Source: Rebecca billardiae RCC1528 (lineage: Eukaryota > Protista > Haptophyta). From it: DNA of 64,000 nucleotides. Below, in pieces: positions 32,817 through 44,046 of the stretch; the first letter of the stretch is position 1, and the number at the start of each line of letters is the position of its first letter. Location of the stretch: positions 1,612,001 to 1,676,000 of the forward strand of contig OZ251229.1 in NCBI GenBank assembly GCA_965240325.2. Reading direction: 5' to 3'. Both the position numbers and the translations under genes were made by a program. The notes below the pieces were generated by a model. That model was given only the letters and a program-made list of their open reading frames with translations, made no database searches and was not told where the DNA came from.

Positions 32817-34331
32817 ATGCGATCGGCACCGGCGACAGCGCGGCTCACGTTCGGCGATCTGCCAGTGGAGGTGATCGAGCGCATCCTGACGTTCCTGCCC
32901 CTGCGCGCCCTGCTGAGCGCCAACGCCACCGCGCGCCTCTTCCGCGGCACGCGCGCCCACGGCCGCTCGCCCGTCGAGCATGCGCTGCACGTGCGCGCGC
33001 GCCGCCGCGGGCACACGCGCGCGCTGCCGGTGGCGACACCTGCGGGCGCGTGCACGTACACGGAGGAGCTCTTCGCACGCGAGCGCGTGCTCCAGCTCGC
33101 GCGCGCCCACGCCCACCTCGCCGCGTGCGGCGGCGACGATGAGTACTGGTCCCGATCGTTGAGCGCTTTTGTCGGCGACCGCGGCGAGCTGTGCGCGTGC
33201 GGCGAGGAGCTCGTGTACCACGACGAGGGCGAGCCAACGGAGGAGCTGCAGCCTCCTGCCGCGCTCGGCCTCCCAGCGCGCCCCGCCGCGCGCGTGCCAA
33301 CGCCCGCCCCGTCGCTGTCCGAGGTGCGCGTGTGCGCGGTCGCCGCCGGCCGCAGCCACGTGCTCGCGCTGAGCGCCACCGGGATCGTCCACGCGTGCGG
33401 CGGCAACTACAACGGCGAGCTGGGCGTCGGTGACACCCGTGATCGCGCCGACTTCACGCCGCTCGCAGCCCTGCGCGGGGACGTCATCGTCGCCATCGCG
33501 GCGGGAGACGCCCACAGCGTCGCGATCGGCGCGGCGGGGTACGCGTACAGCTGGGGCTGCAACGACTTTGGCCAGCTCGGGCTCGGCCGGTGCGAGGGCG
33601 AGGAGGAGGAGGAGGAAGGAGACGATGGAGTCAGCAGCCTCGGCGACCAGCGCACGCCTCGCCGCATCCGCGCGCTCGCGGGCGTGCGCCTGGGCGCCGC
33701 CTCGGCCGGGAGCACACACTCGCTGCTGCTCGGCACGGCCGGCTCCGTGTTCGCTTGTGGCCAGGGCCTCTTCGGCAGGCTGGGGCACGGTGACCACAGG
33801 CAGCAGCGCGCGCCGCGGCGGGTGGAGGCGCTCGCGGGCGTGCGCGCCGTGCACGTGAGCGCGGGCGACGCGCACAGCCTCGTGGTGGACGGTGCGGGCG
33901 CCGTGCACGCGTTCGGCCACGGCCGGTGCGGCTGCCTCGGGCTGGGAGACGAGTCGTCGCGTCTCACGCCGAAGCGCGTCGAGGCGCTGAGCGCCGTGCG
34001 CGCCGTGCGCGCGAGCGCGGGGTTCTACATCAGCGCGGTGCTCGGCGCCGACGGCAGCGTGTACACGTTTGGCGCGAACGACTGCGGTGAGCTCGGGCTC
34101 GGGGACTCGGCGCCGCGCCGCACACCGGAGCGCGTGTCCGCCCTGGCGGACGCGCGCGTGGTCGGCTGCGCCCTCGGCCGCTGCCACGCGCTGTTCGTGA
34201 CGGCGGCGGATGGCGTGTACTCGTGTGGCGCGCAGACCGCGGCGCTCGGCCATGACGTGAGCGTGGCCGCCGACCTGCCTCATCTGCCCACGCCCACGCG
34301 CGTGCACCTGCCGGGGCGCGAGGCGTGCTGA
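32817..34331 (+). CDS. F-box plus RCC1-repeat (UVR8-like beta-propeller) protein
   Basis: F-box FGDLPVEVIERILTFL and multiple RCC1 repeats (IAAGDAHS..SWGCNDFGQLGLG). Confidence 0.88.
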   Translation: MRSAPATARLTFGDLPVEVIERILTFLPLRALLSANATARLFRGTRAHGRSPVEHALHVRARRRGHTRALPVATPAGACTYTEELFARERVLQLARAHAHLAACGGDDEYWSRSLSAFVGDRGELCACGEELVYHDEGEPTEELQPPAALGLPARPAARVPTPAPSLSEVRVCAVAAGRSHVLALSATGIVHACGGNYNGELGVGDTRDRADFTPLAALRGDVIVAIAAGDAHSVAIGAAGYAYSWGCNDFGQLGLGRCEGEEEEEEGDDGVSSLGDQRTPRRIRALAGVRLGAASAGSTHSLLLGTAGSVFACGQGLFGRLGHGDHRQQRAPRRVEALAGVRAVHVSAGDAHSLVVDGAGAVHAFGHGRCGCLGLGDESSRLTPKRVEALSAVRAVRASAGFYISAVLGADGSVYTFGANDCGELGLGDSAPRRTPERVSALADARVVGCALGRCHALFVTAADGVYSCGAQTAALGHDVSVAADLPHLPTPTRVHLPGREAC

Positions 34332-34696
34332 CACCGGCCGCGATGCTGCGGCCTGCCCCGTTTCCGTGAATGAGATTATTCTGAGACCGTCGCCGCTGAC
34401 TACCGTGGCCATCTGCGCGCACGCATCATTGCCAGCAAAGCTACACCTGCGCGTGGCACTGGTGAGCACTGGATTTGAGCAGCGCACCGCGGCTGCCGCG
34501 TTGGGGCCCACGATGGATCGTGACGACCCGTCGACCCGCGCACTATGGAGTATGGTAGTAGCGCTGCGCTTTATAGTTTTTTCATATAGCACGATTTTAC
34601 ATATCGTCGCTTTTTTGAGTTTTTTCGTGTTGGGGCGGATTTCCGGCTGCCCGCCGCTGTTTTCGGTTTCGCGTGCGATCGGGTGAGCGAGGGGCG

Positions 34697-36451
34697 ATGG
34701 GCGCGCCCGCCGCGGAGGACGTGGACGGGGCAGCGTCGCCCGCGAGCTCGATCTGGCGCGATGAGCGACTATTCCCGCCCATGTCTCCTGGCTCTACGCC
34801 GGCCAAGCCGGCCAAACTGAGTAAGCCGACGGCCGCGTCGACCACGCCGGCATCTCGCCTGCACTGGTCAACAGCGTCGAGCGCGGCTGCAGGTCGGTCG
34901 ACCTCGCCCTCGGCTCGCATGGGCGTCGCCGCGGCCGCCGCGCGTCGGCCGCGGCGTCCGACGCGCCCTTCGCGGCCGGTACTCGGTCCCGTGCACGCGG
35001 CCGCCAAATCGCCGCCCGTGCCCTACTCGGGCGAGCAGAGCGCGCGCAACGAGATCTCGGAGATTGTCAAGGACAGGCTGTACCTGTCCAATTGGCGCGG
35101 CGCGGAGGACGTGGAGGCGCTGCAGGCGCGCGGCGTGACGCACATCGTGTGCATCAACGACCAGGAGGAGCCCTTCCCCGAGCATTTCACCTACCTCGTC
35201 GTGCGCTCCGTCGAGGACCACGACGACGAGCGGATCGCGCCCACGTTTGCGCGCGTGCGGCGGTTTGTCGACGGAGCGCTCGGCGGCGGTGGCGCGGTGC
35301 TCGTGCACTGCGCGGGCGGGATCTCGCGCTCGAGCGCGGTGATGATCGCGATGCTCATGGAGCTCTACGCCATGCCGCTCCGCGAGGCCTTCGAGGCCGT
35401 GTACTCGCGCCGCCCCGTCACCTGGCCAAACGTGGGCTTCATGGCGCAGCTGATCGAGCATGAGCTGGCCCTGCAGCGGCGCGGCGCGCTGCCACACCTC
35501 GGGCCGGGGGGTGCCAAGCCGGGCACGTCGCTGGCGATGGAGGAGTACGCGGAGTGGACGAACAAGGGCGTGGAGGAGGTGGTGCGCCAGATCGACGTGA
35601 TGGCCGTCGAGCGCACGCTCTCGACGGGCGGAGGCGGCGCGCGGCGCGGCGGCATCGACGAGCTCAGCGCCCTCTCCGGACCTGCGGCTGAGGCTGAGGG
35701 CTCGGGCACGCACGCGACGCGGCTCGCGAGCGCGTCTCGGCTGACGAGCGTCTCTCGCTTCACGAGTGCATCGCGGCACACGAGCCTGATGCCCAGCGAG
35801 TCGGACGCTTCCGCGAACACCACGTTGACCATCGCGCGCGCCTTCTCCTCGCACGCGCGCGCCTCCTCCCTCTCGCACCGGCAGTCAGAGGAGCTGCACG
35901 CCGAGCTGAGCAGCACCATCCGCGAGCAGCGGCAGGCGCGCGTGGACGAGCAGATGCGCGCGATGCGCAAGATGCGGCAGGAGCAGGCGTCGATGTACAA
36001 CCTCTTCAAGGACGCCGCCGCGAAGGCCGCCGCGGACCAGGCCGAGATGGCGGCCGCCGACGCAGCGGCCGCGGAGAGCGCCGCCGCGGCCGCGCGCAAA
36101 AAGCGCCTGTCGAACGCAGGCGGCGACTCAGCTGCAACGCTGCGGCGCAGTGGCACGAATCGGCGCGCCGTCGAGAAGAGCGGGCGGTCGAACTGGCGCT
36201 CCGCGACGCTCGTCTCCACGGCGACGAAGCTGCCCTTTCGCTCGCCGCGCGTCTCCACGGCCTCCGCGCTGTCCACATCCTGGCGTTCCGAGAAGTCGGC
36301 GCCCAACGACGGCGACACTGGTGGTGGCGGCGGTCCCAGCCTTGCAAGGGACGAGTCGCTTGGCAGCGGCCTAGGGCTAGGCGGTGACGTGACTCGCGTG
36401 TCGAGCGAAGGTCTCGCGGGCCCCGCTGATGACGCTGACGTGTCGCAGTGA
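34697..36451 (+). CDS. Dual-specificity protein phosphatase with long Ser-rich/coiled C-terminal tail
   Basis: Motifs SEIVKDRLYLS, VLVHCAGGISRS (HCX5R) and PNVGFMAQL. Confidence 0.9.
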   Translation: MGAPAAEDVDGAASPASSIWRDERLFPPMSPGSTPAKPAKLSKPTAASTTPASRLHWSTASSAAAGRSTSPSARMGVAAAAARRPRRPTRPSRPVLGPVHAAAKSPPVPYSGEQSARNEISEIVKDRLYLSNWRGAEDVEALQARGVTHIVCINDQEEPFPEHFTYLVVRSVEDHDDERIAPTFARVRRFVDGALGGGGAVLVHCAGGISRSSAVMIAMLMELYAMPLREAFEAVYSRRPVTWPNVGFMAQLIEHELALQRRGALPHLGPGGAKPGTSLAMEEYAEWTNKGVEEVVRQIDVMAVERTLSTGGGGARRGGIDELSALSGPAAEAEGSGTHATRLASASRLTSVSRFTSASRHTSLMPSESDASANTTLTIARAFSSHARASSLSHRQSEELHAELSSTIREQRQARVDEQMRAMRKMRQEQASMYNLFKDAAAKAAADQAEMAAADAAAAESAAAAARKKRLSNAGGDSAATLRRSGTNRRAVEKSGRSNWRSATLVSTATKLPFRSPRVSTASALSTSWRSEKSAPNDGDTGGGGGPSLARDESLGSGLGLGGDVTRVSSEGLAGPADDADVSQ

Positions 36452-36938
36452 TGTAAGGAGACTTGGAACCACGGGGGCTCCCTGAGTACCCTGAGCCTGA
36501 GGAGTGACTGATGTGAGGCGGTCCGAGGGCGCGAGGCTGCGCACTGCTGGCTGGCACTCGTCTGCGCCATTCTCCGAGTCCGAGTCCGCTGGCCCGTGGC
36601 CGCGCACTCGCCGCACTCCGACTCAGTGGCATCAGTCACAGTGTCGACCTCAGGTAGCCTAGAGTGTCTCGGACTGATCATCACTACTGATTACTGTAAT
36701 TAGTGTAAAGCCGCGCGCTCGATTCTGTAGTCTTTGAATCGGCGCTGCTAAGCAGACAATAAGGTCGCGTCGACCATGAGTTGCATGACACTACGCTATA
36801 AACAATGCAGTGTCGATCATGCATGGCACCGCAGGTCCCAGTAGAAGTACTCAGACTGTGACATTCTCAACGCTGTAGTGCGCGGGCTGCGCACGCTCAT
36901 TCTCAAGTCTGTCTGGACGACTCTGGTTCAACGAACGC

Positions 36939-37556
36939 CTAGTTGAACGGCACCGGCGAGCCGAGGAGCGAGTTGATGATGTACGGGTTGCCGTCAAGCT
37001 TCTCGTGCACCATCAGCGCGAGGATGCCCATCTGCGCCGCGCGGCCGTTGTTCAGCTCGATCGCGCGCTTCTGCAGCTTGGTCTCCTCGTCGAACGAGTC
37101 CCAGCCAAAGTCAAGCGCGCCGTTGCGGAAGTCGCCGACAAACTCGCCGTCACCGAGGTCCTTCATGACCGCGAGCTCGAGGAAGCCAACGAACGCGAAG
37201 ATCTGCGCGAGGCCCGCCGCCGGCACGACCGAGAGCGCCGCCAGGCCGTTGGGCACATCAGCGAACGGCAGGCCGTACGCGAGCTCGCCCGGGAGGCGGA
37301 TGCCGGCCGACGTCACGACGTGGCCCAGCACGGCGAGCATGCAGATGCGGCCGTGCTTGATCTCGACGAAGCGGAGGCGGTCGAAGCGCTCCTGGTCCGC
37401 GCCGTCGAGGAGGTTGAGCGGGTCGATGAAGCCGAGGGGCGGCTGCGCGCCGAGCTCCGACTCGAAGCCCATCGACACCGCCGCGCGCGACGCCGTCGGC
37501 GCGCGCATGGCCGGGCCGTTGAAGGCGAGGGCGGACACGAGGATCTGGGCGAACAT
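36939..37556 (-). CDS. Lhcf: Fucoxanthin-chlorophyll a/c binding light-harvesting protein (Lhcf), copy 1
   Basis: Motifs GAQPPLGFIDPL, EIKHGRICMLA and ELNNGRAAQMG. Probable 5'UTR intron 37562-37673. Confidence 0.96.
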   Translation of the reverse strand: MFAQILVSALAFNGPAMRAPTASRAAVSMGFESELGAQPPLGFIDPLNLLDGADQERFDRLRFVEIKHGRICMLAVLGHVVTSAGIRLPGELAYGLPFADVPNGLAALSVVPAAGLAQIFAFVGFLELAVMKDLGDGEFVGDFRNGALDFGWDSFDEETKLQKRAIELNNGRAAQMGILALMVHEKLDGNPYIINSLLGSPVPFN

Positions 37557-37673
37557 GATGACTGCGAGACGTGGGATCGACGGCACGCGTCGCTGTGATC
37601 AGCGGGTGGCTCGGATCACGCAGGGAAAGCGCGCGGTCGCGGGACGGTCACGGGCGGGCCGCGATGCTTGCAC

Positions 37674-37824
37674 CTTTGGTTTGGCCGACGACGGAGATCG
37701 GCGGTTGAAAGCGCGCGCGTTATTAAAAACGCAATTATGGGGGCGGTCAGATTTTGGGTCAGCAAATTAACATCTGCTAAGTCTCAACGCCCGCCCGTCA
37801 TCGTGTCGACCAACCGCTTGCAAG
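37674..37824. promoter_or_regulatory. Putative bidirectional promoter of the Lhcf pair
   Basis: AT-rich patch (TTATTAAAAA, AAATTAA) between two divergent genes, bounded by AG|GTGC splice donors on both strands. Confidence 0.55.
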
Positions 37825-37939
37825 GTGCGCATCGCCGCCCGTGACCGCCCCACGACGCGCGCGCGTGACTGGCCGCCTGCGCCGCCGCGCTGACCGCCGT
37901 GACGCCCCAACGCGCGTCTCCCCGTGCTCCGCAGTCGCC

Positions 37940-38557
37940 ATGTTCGCCCAGATCCTCGTGTCCGCCCTCGCCTTCAACGGCCCGGCCATGCGCGCGCCGA
38001 CGGCGTCGCGCGCGGCGGTGTCGATGGGCTTCGAGTCGGAGCTCGGCGCGCAGCCACCCCTCGGCTTCATCGACCCGCTCAACCTCCTCGACGGCGCGGA
38101 CCAGGAGCGCTTCGACCGCCTCCGCTTCGTCGAGATCAAGCACGGCCGCATCTGCATGCTCGCCGTGCTGGGCCACGTCGTGACGTCGGCCGGCATCCGC
38201 CTCCCGGGCGAGCTCGCGTACGGCCTGCCGTTCGCTGATGTGCCCAACGGCCTGGCGGCGCTCTCGGTCGTGCCGGCGGCGGGCCTCGCGCAGATCTTCG
38301 CGTTCGTTGGCTTCCTCGAGCTCGCGGTCATGAAGGACCTCGGTGACGGCGAGTTTGTCGGCGACTTCCGCAACGGCGCGCTTGACTTTGGCTGGGACTC
38401 GTTCGACGAGGAGACCAAGCTGCAGAAGCGCGCGATCGAGCTGAACAACGGCCGCGCGGCGCAGATGGGCATCCTCGCGCTGATGGTGCACGAGAAGCTT
38501 GACGGCAACCCGTACATCATCAACTCGCTCCTCGGCTCGCCGGTGCCGTTCAACTAA
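37940..38557 (+). CDS. Lhcf: Fucoxanthin-chlorophyll a/c binding light-harvesting protein (Lhcf), copy 2
   Basis: Protein identical to copy 1. Probable 5'UTR intron 37825-37934. Confidence 0.96.
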   Translation: MFAQILVSALAFNGPAMRAPTASRAAVSMGFESELGAQPPLGFIDPLNLLDGADQERFDRLRFVEIKHGRICMLAVLGHVVTSAGIRLPGELAYGLPFADVPNGLAALSVVPAAGLAQIFAFVGFLELAVMKDLGDGEFVGDFRNGALDFGWDSFDEETKLQKRAIELNNGRAAQMGILALMVHEKLDGNPYIINSLLGSPVPFN

Positions 38558-38980
38558 GCGGCTAAGCGCCCTACTAGCTAAGCTTACCGTGTCGTTACAA
38601 CTTGAAACAAGTCAAGTTACGTACGGGTGCGGCCCACTGCACAGATTATGGGCCCTGCGTCGGCAGAGTAGGCCGTTGCGTGTGATGCATATATATATAG
38701 GAATGACTACGATGGTTGCATGATCCGCCATATGTAATCAGCGCAATAACGACGCTATAGCTGCTGAACGAATATATGGTCAATATGGAAGGACTCACTC
38801 ACCGCATCACTGCCACTGGGCAACTGGCCGCGACGCAAGGAGACTGGCTCACTAAGTCACTAGTCACTGCTCGTTCGCGCGTCCCGGATAATTTATCGTC
38901 GTCATAGCAGCTAGCTCAATCACGCCGGGTCAGGGTGTCCGGTGTGTCGTGAAGCGCGTGAGTCAGACTCTGCTACAGTG

Positions 38981-40647
38981 TCAGGACCCTGGCGACAAGG
39001 CCACGCGCACAACGTCCACGTGCGGCGACGAGGCCGACGGGCGCTGACAGTGTGGCCGCAGCACGCCGTCAGGCCCTGTCCCTCCGCTGTCCATTGCGAA
39101 TGGAGGGGTGCGTCGGTGGGCGCCGCCGTCGGATGGGTCGTCTAGGTCCGCGTCACTCGCGTCGAGCAGCGGCGAGGCCGGCCCCGGGCTCGGCCCCGGG
39201 CTCGGGTGACGCAGGCCGAGCTTGAGCAGGTAGCTCGCCCGGATCTGCTGCGGCGATCGGCCGATGTGCTCGAGCTGCGGAGATGTGACGATCACGTCGT
39301 CGATGAGGGTGTGCAGGCTCTCGATGGCGAAGATACCCGAGGGCGAGCCCATCACAACGGCGGCGCGGCGCGCCTTCTCTATCTGGTCCTGCGCCGTCTG
39401 ACGCGGCGGCGGCTCCAGCTGCCGATGCCGCTTGATCAGCTTGTCGAGGAATCGATAGAAGAAAAGGCCGAGCATGATCACCAACAGGCCGCTCAAATTG
39501 GACGCGGTCAGCGGCTGCGCATTCGGCATGAAGGGCAGCGCGAAGGCGACGTTGCCGAGCGGCACGAGCAGCGTCATCGCGAGGTACAGCAGGCTCGCCG
39601 AGCCGTACTTGAGCATCAGGATGATCAGGATGTTGTACATCTGGTTCGCTACCAGGTATGCGCTCGCGAACACCAGCGCGCTCGGCCAGCAATCGTCTGC
39701 CGGCCGCAGCGCGGTCGCCGCGCCCTCGGTGACCGAGTTGATGCCGATGTAGCAGCGCCAGCCGTCGACGGCGTTGCGCCCCACGTCGCGCACCGCCACG
39801 CCCGTGAACGGCGCCGCCGGAATCGACAGCGGGATGCTAATCATGAACTGGTACACGCTGACGAAACCGTTGAGGAAGATCGGGTCGATGTCGACCTTGG
39901 CGAGCGCGCGCTCCTTGTACACGGTCGACAAGCACATGGGCACGCACGAGAGGACGAGCACGGCGGACCAGAGGACGGGCGAGCACTGGATCGCGTGGCA
40001 CGCGTCGGTCGGGTCGCCTGCCCTGAACGACGGCATCAGGATCACCGCGATCCCCACCACCACCGTGACCGCGCCCGCCACCTGCGAGCGCGTGTACTTT
40101 GCGCGCAGCGCAAAGCGCGAGATGATCATCGTGATCGGGATGGAGGACTGCGAGAGCAGGATGAGCAGGCTGCCGGACTTGATGAAGTTGGTCGCGAAGA
40201 GCTGCATGATGCCCGCGAGCGCATCGAGCCCGCCCATCGTGAAGAACACCACCTGAGGGATGTTGCGCTCCGCCTTAGAGACGCGCCCCAAAAAGTACAT
40301 CGGCAAGATGTACGCGAAGCTGGTGGGGATGTAGATGAAGGACGACATGAGGTTGACGAAGACGGGGTAGTTGTACAACGGGAACGTCATCAGCTTGATG
40401 AACACCTTGTTGCACAGGCCTGTGGGCACACACAGCGCGCACGCACGCGCGCGCGTGCGCGATCAGGTACGACGAATGCGGTTTGCGTACATCTCGCAGC
40501 GGCACAAGGCCGCAACCCCGCCCGTGATAGCGCGCACGCACCCACGAACAAGAGCGCGCCGAACGTCAACGCCAGCCGCTGCCTCTTGGCCGCTCTCAAT
40601 GCGGCTGCTTCTGCATCTGCCGTGTGCAGGGCCGTGGAGACCAGCAT
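38981..40647 (-). CDS. CRT-like (chloroquine-resistance-transporter-like/CLT) drug-metabolite transporter; intron 40420-40541
   Basis: About 10 TM helices. Motifs G|LCNKVFIKLMTFPLYNYPVF, LSQSSIPITM, CLSTVYKE and paired Cys loop WRCYIG..DDC. Confidence 0.85.
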
Positions 40648-41071
40648 GTCTCCCGACGCCCGAGCGCTGCGGGTCGAGCTTTTGGTCAGTAGTGTCGTCC
40701 GATGCTTGTGAGCACCAGCAGGGCAGCCGAACTCACACAGTTTCCAGGCCGCTATCACGCCTTAACCAAGTGTGCACGTTAAAACATAGTAAACTGTACC
40801 CGTGCAAAGACCAGCCAGTCGTCGTCAGACGAAGCATACAGCATGATACAAGTACAGACAGTACCAGGTAGACGACCGAAACTGCTTTGACGAACGGCCC
40901 CGGCGAGCAGCTCGTATCTAGTAGTACTAACTAGTGGTACCCCCATAGCGTGCCATACTACTAGCACGGCCCTTGCTACTAGTAACTAGTATCAGTTTGA
41001 GGCCGACGGTGGTACGCACTGAGTAGCTTGCTCAACTGTACGGTGACGACGACAGGTGTCCGCGACGAGCC

Positions 41072-41722
41072 CTACGCCGGCGTGAGAGCGAGTACCACCT
41101 GGGTCACGAACGCCGCCCTCTCCGAATCAAAGTGCGGCCTCAGCGCCCAGAGTGCTGTCAGCTCGTCGACGTCCGCGGCGCTTGCAGCATCCGCGAGCTG
41201 GTCAGCGATGCTTGCCTTGAGAGCCACCTCGCGGCTGCACGCGTCGTGTATGGCGGCGAGGTCTTCGATGCACTGGACCACTGAAGGCACGCCCACGCGA
41301 GCGCGTGCCTCCATTCCGAGCGCGCCGATCGCACTGGCCGCAAGCGGCTGCGTGGCCGCATCGACAGAGGGTGACTGTTGCATCAGCCGGCGCCACGCAG
41401 CCGCATAGTTGGCGCCCATGCCATCTCGAACACTCTCAAAGCCGGCCAGCGCATCGCGCAAGGCCGCGAGCAAGTTGTGCACGCCAGCAACGTGCTTGTC
41501 CCGCAAGGCCCGCACTAGCCCAGCCCCGTGCGTCGCGAGCACGCCGAAGCGACGTGCGTCTGCGTCGGCGCCTGCGATGTTGTCGGCGCTAAGCAGGTGG
41601 AGACGCGAGTGGAAGTCGGCGAGGGTGCGAAGTAGCGGAGCACACTCGCGCTCGCTCGCCTCCCACCGCTTAAGCTGCGTGTCGAGGTCGGCGTACGACG
41701 ACACCACCCACTGCGCGTCCAT
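41072..41722 (-). CDS. Helical protein resembling the C1orf109/CA109-like family
   Basis: 216-aa all-helical ORF from MDAQWVVSS with FGVL..LRDKH, PSVVQCIEDL and LWALRPHFD. Family match is from memory only. Confidence 0.55.
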   Translation of the reverse strand: MDAQWVVSSYADLDTQLKRWEASERECAPLLRTLADFHSRLHLLSADNIAGADADARRFGVLATHGAGLVRALRDKHVAGVHNLLAALRDALAGFESVRDGMGANYAAAWRRLMQQSPSVDAATQPLAASAIGALGMEARARVGVPSVVQCIEDLAAIHDACSREVALKASIADQLADAASAADVDELTALWALRPHFDSERAAFVTQVVLALTPA

Positions 41723-41803
41723 CACCGCGCGGCAGCCATCGTCCCCGCTGCTCGGGCGACTGTCCGGTGACAGTCCTCGACCAACGGGTTGGGCACTTGG
41801 GCC

Positions 41804-43588
41804 ATGGGCAGCAGCGCCGACGGCGCCGGCACGGCGGCCGCTGCACTGCGCAGCATTATCGGGGCGGACGTCGACGACAGCACTGTGGCGGACCTGCTTC
41901 ACCGGGCACATGACGACGTGCAGGCCGCCGTGAACCTCCATTTTGAGGCACCGCCCACCGGCCCGGAGCCCCCTGCTCGCAGTTCGAGAGAGGCGCAGCC
42001 ACCGGTGCGGCAGAGTCCGTGGACAAGCAGTGCGCGAGGCGGTGCAGCGAAGCGTGCGAGCACGCCTGAGCCACCTGCGCCAAAGCGCGCGCGCACGAGC
42101 GATGCGGACACTCGGCCGGCGGATCCCTCGCCCGCGGCTTCTGCCGGTGCAGGGCCGCCACCAACTCCGTCGCCCGCGCCGCCCACGGCGGCCGCGAGCA
42201 AGGCCGCACCGGCTGGCAGGCCGCCGCCGCCGCCGAGGCCATCGTCCAAGCCACTCGCCGAGCGCATGCGCCCGTCCCGCCTTGACGAGCTCCTCGGCCA
42301 GGACGCCGCGCTCACCGATGTGCTCCGGCGGTGCGTCGCTTCTGACAGCCTTCCCAACCTGCTGCTGTGGGGGCCACCCGGCTGCGGCAAGACGAGCTTC
42401 GCGCACGTGATCGGCGCGACGACGGGGCGGCGGTTTCGCGCGCTCTCGGCCGCGAAGGCTGGCGTGAAGGAGCTGCGCGACGAGCTCTCGGCCGCGCAGG
42501 GCGCGCTCGCGCTGTGCGGCGGCGGCGGCGGCGGCGGCGGCTCGCGCGGCGGCGGCTCGCGCAGCGGCGGCGGCGGCACTGTCTTGTTCGTGGATGAGAT
42601 CCATCGCTGGTCCAAGGCGCAGCAGGACTCGCTGCTCTTCGAGACGGAGAAGGGGGTGATCACGCTGATCGGCGCGACGACGGAGAACCCCTCCTTCAGC
42701 CTGAACAACGCGATCCTCAGCCGCTGCCGGCTGCTGACCTTTGGCAAGATTGGCGCAGACCACCTTGTGCGCGTGCTCACGCGCGCGCTGGGCACAGACC
42801 GAGGCCTTGCGGGCGTGCGCGCGGAGCCGGGGGCGCTCGAGGCGGTGGCGAGCGCGGCGGATGGCGACGCGCGCGTCGCGCTGAACGCGCTGGAGCTCGC
42901 GGCGTCTGGCGTCGCGCCGCACGCCGACGGCACGCGCGCCATCGGCCTTGCGGACGTGAAGGCGGCGCTGCAGCGGCGTGCGCTATACGACCGCGCCGGC
43001 GACTTCCACTACGACCTCATCAGCGCGGTGCACAAGGCGCTGCGCGGCGGCGACGCGGACGCGGCGCTGTACTACGTGACGCGGATGCTCACGGCGGGCG
43101 AGGAGCCGCGGTACGTGACGAGGCGGCTCATCCGCTTCGCCGCGGAGGACATCGGCCTCGCCGAGCCGCGCGCGCTGCTGCAAGCGCTGGCGGCCGACCA
43201 AGCTGTCGCCGCGATCGGAATGCCCGAGGCGGGCGTGGTGATCGCGCAGGCGGTCGTCTTCCTCGCGCTCGCGCCCAAGTCGGTGGCGGTGTACGCGGCG
43301 TACAAGGCGGCGGTCAAGGCGTGCGAGGACGAGCCGCACGCGGAGGTGCCGCTGCACATCCGCAACGCGCCCACGCGCATGATGAGGAGTCTCGGCTACG
43401 CAGACGGTTACGCGTACAACCCGGCGGCGGGGTACGCGCGCGGGTGCGAGCAGGGGTACCTGCCGCGCGCGTTCAGCGGCCGCGCCTTCTTCGACCCGGC
43501 AGATTGCGAGGGCGGTCGCGACCTGCGATGTCAGCTCTTCGGCGAAGAGCATGCACATGTGCTCTCAGAGCCGTGCTCTCGGTGCTGA
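41804..43588 (+). CDS. WRNIP1/Mgs1/MgsA(RarA) AAA+ ATPase with N-terminal UBA-like domain
   Basis: PLAERMRP, Walker A GPPGCGKT, Walker B FVDEIHR, GATTENPSF, YDLISAVHK, EDIGLA and VPLHIRNAPT. Confidence 0.95.
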   Translation: MGSSADGAGTAAAALRSIIGADVDDSTVADLLHRAHDDVQAAVNLHFEAPPTGPEPPARSSREAQPPVRQSPWTSSARGGAAKRASTPEPPAPKRARTSDADTRPADPSPAASAGAGPPPTPSPAPPTAAASKAAPAGRPPPPPRPSSKPLAERMRPSRLDELLGQDAALTDVLRRCVASDSLPNLLLWGPPGCGKTSFAHVIGATTGRRFRALSAAKAGVKELRDELSAAQGALALCGGGGGGGGSRGGGSRSGGGGTVLFVDEIHRWSKAQQDSLLFETEKGVITLIGATTENPSFSLNNAILSRCRLLTFGKIGADHLVRVLTRALGTDRGLAGVRAEPGALEAVASAADGDARVALNALELAASGVAPHADGTRAIGLADVKAALQRRALYDRAGDFHYDLISAVHKALRGGDADAALYYVTRMLTAGEEPRYVTRRLIRFAAEDIGLAEPRALLQALAADQAVAAIGMPEAGVVIAQAVVFLALAPKSVAVYAAYKAAVKACEDEPHAEVPLHIRNAPTRMMRSLGYADGYAYNPAAGYARGCEQGYLPRAFSGRAFFDPADCEGGRDLRCQLFGEEHAHVLSEPCSRC

Positions 43589-44046
43589 GCCCGGAGTCTC
43601 CAAATGAAATATTGGACTCCAATGCAATCGGCGCAAGTCGCCGAGGCGCGCGGCGCGCGCGCGGTGGCGATCTCTCTCTCTACTCTCTCTCTCAAGATTC
43701 ATCATCAGCGCAATAATATAAGCGCGTATATTATATATATATATATATATATAAAACCACCTTGTCGTCAGGAGATCGTCGTCAGGCCATCGGCGAATAA
43801 GGCATCCGCGGACCGCGGGCGTCATCGCGCACAGTCAATGTCAGTGATGGACACGACGAGCAGTGCTGTCGTCGGAGTGATCAGTGAGTGCGATGCGCCA
43901 ACGACGGCCTTCCGACAACTGCTGCTACGAAAGCATGCGCAGGCGATCGGCCGGCGCCAAGCGCTCGCGGCGCATCTGCGCGTAGACAGAAGACAGCAGC
44001 ACTGGCCGTGCCGACGCTGCCGACGAGCCACCCGCGCAGCCCGTGA

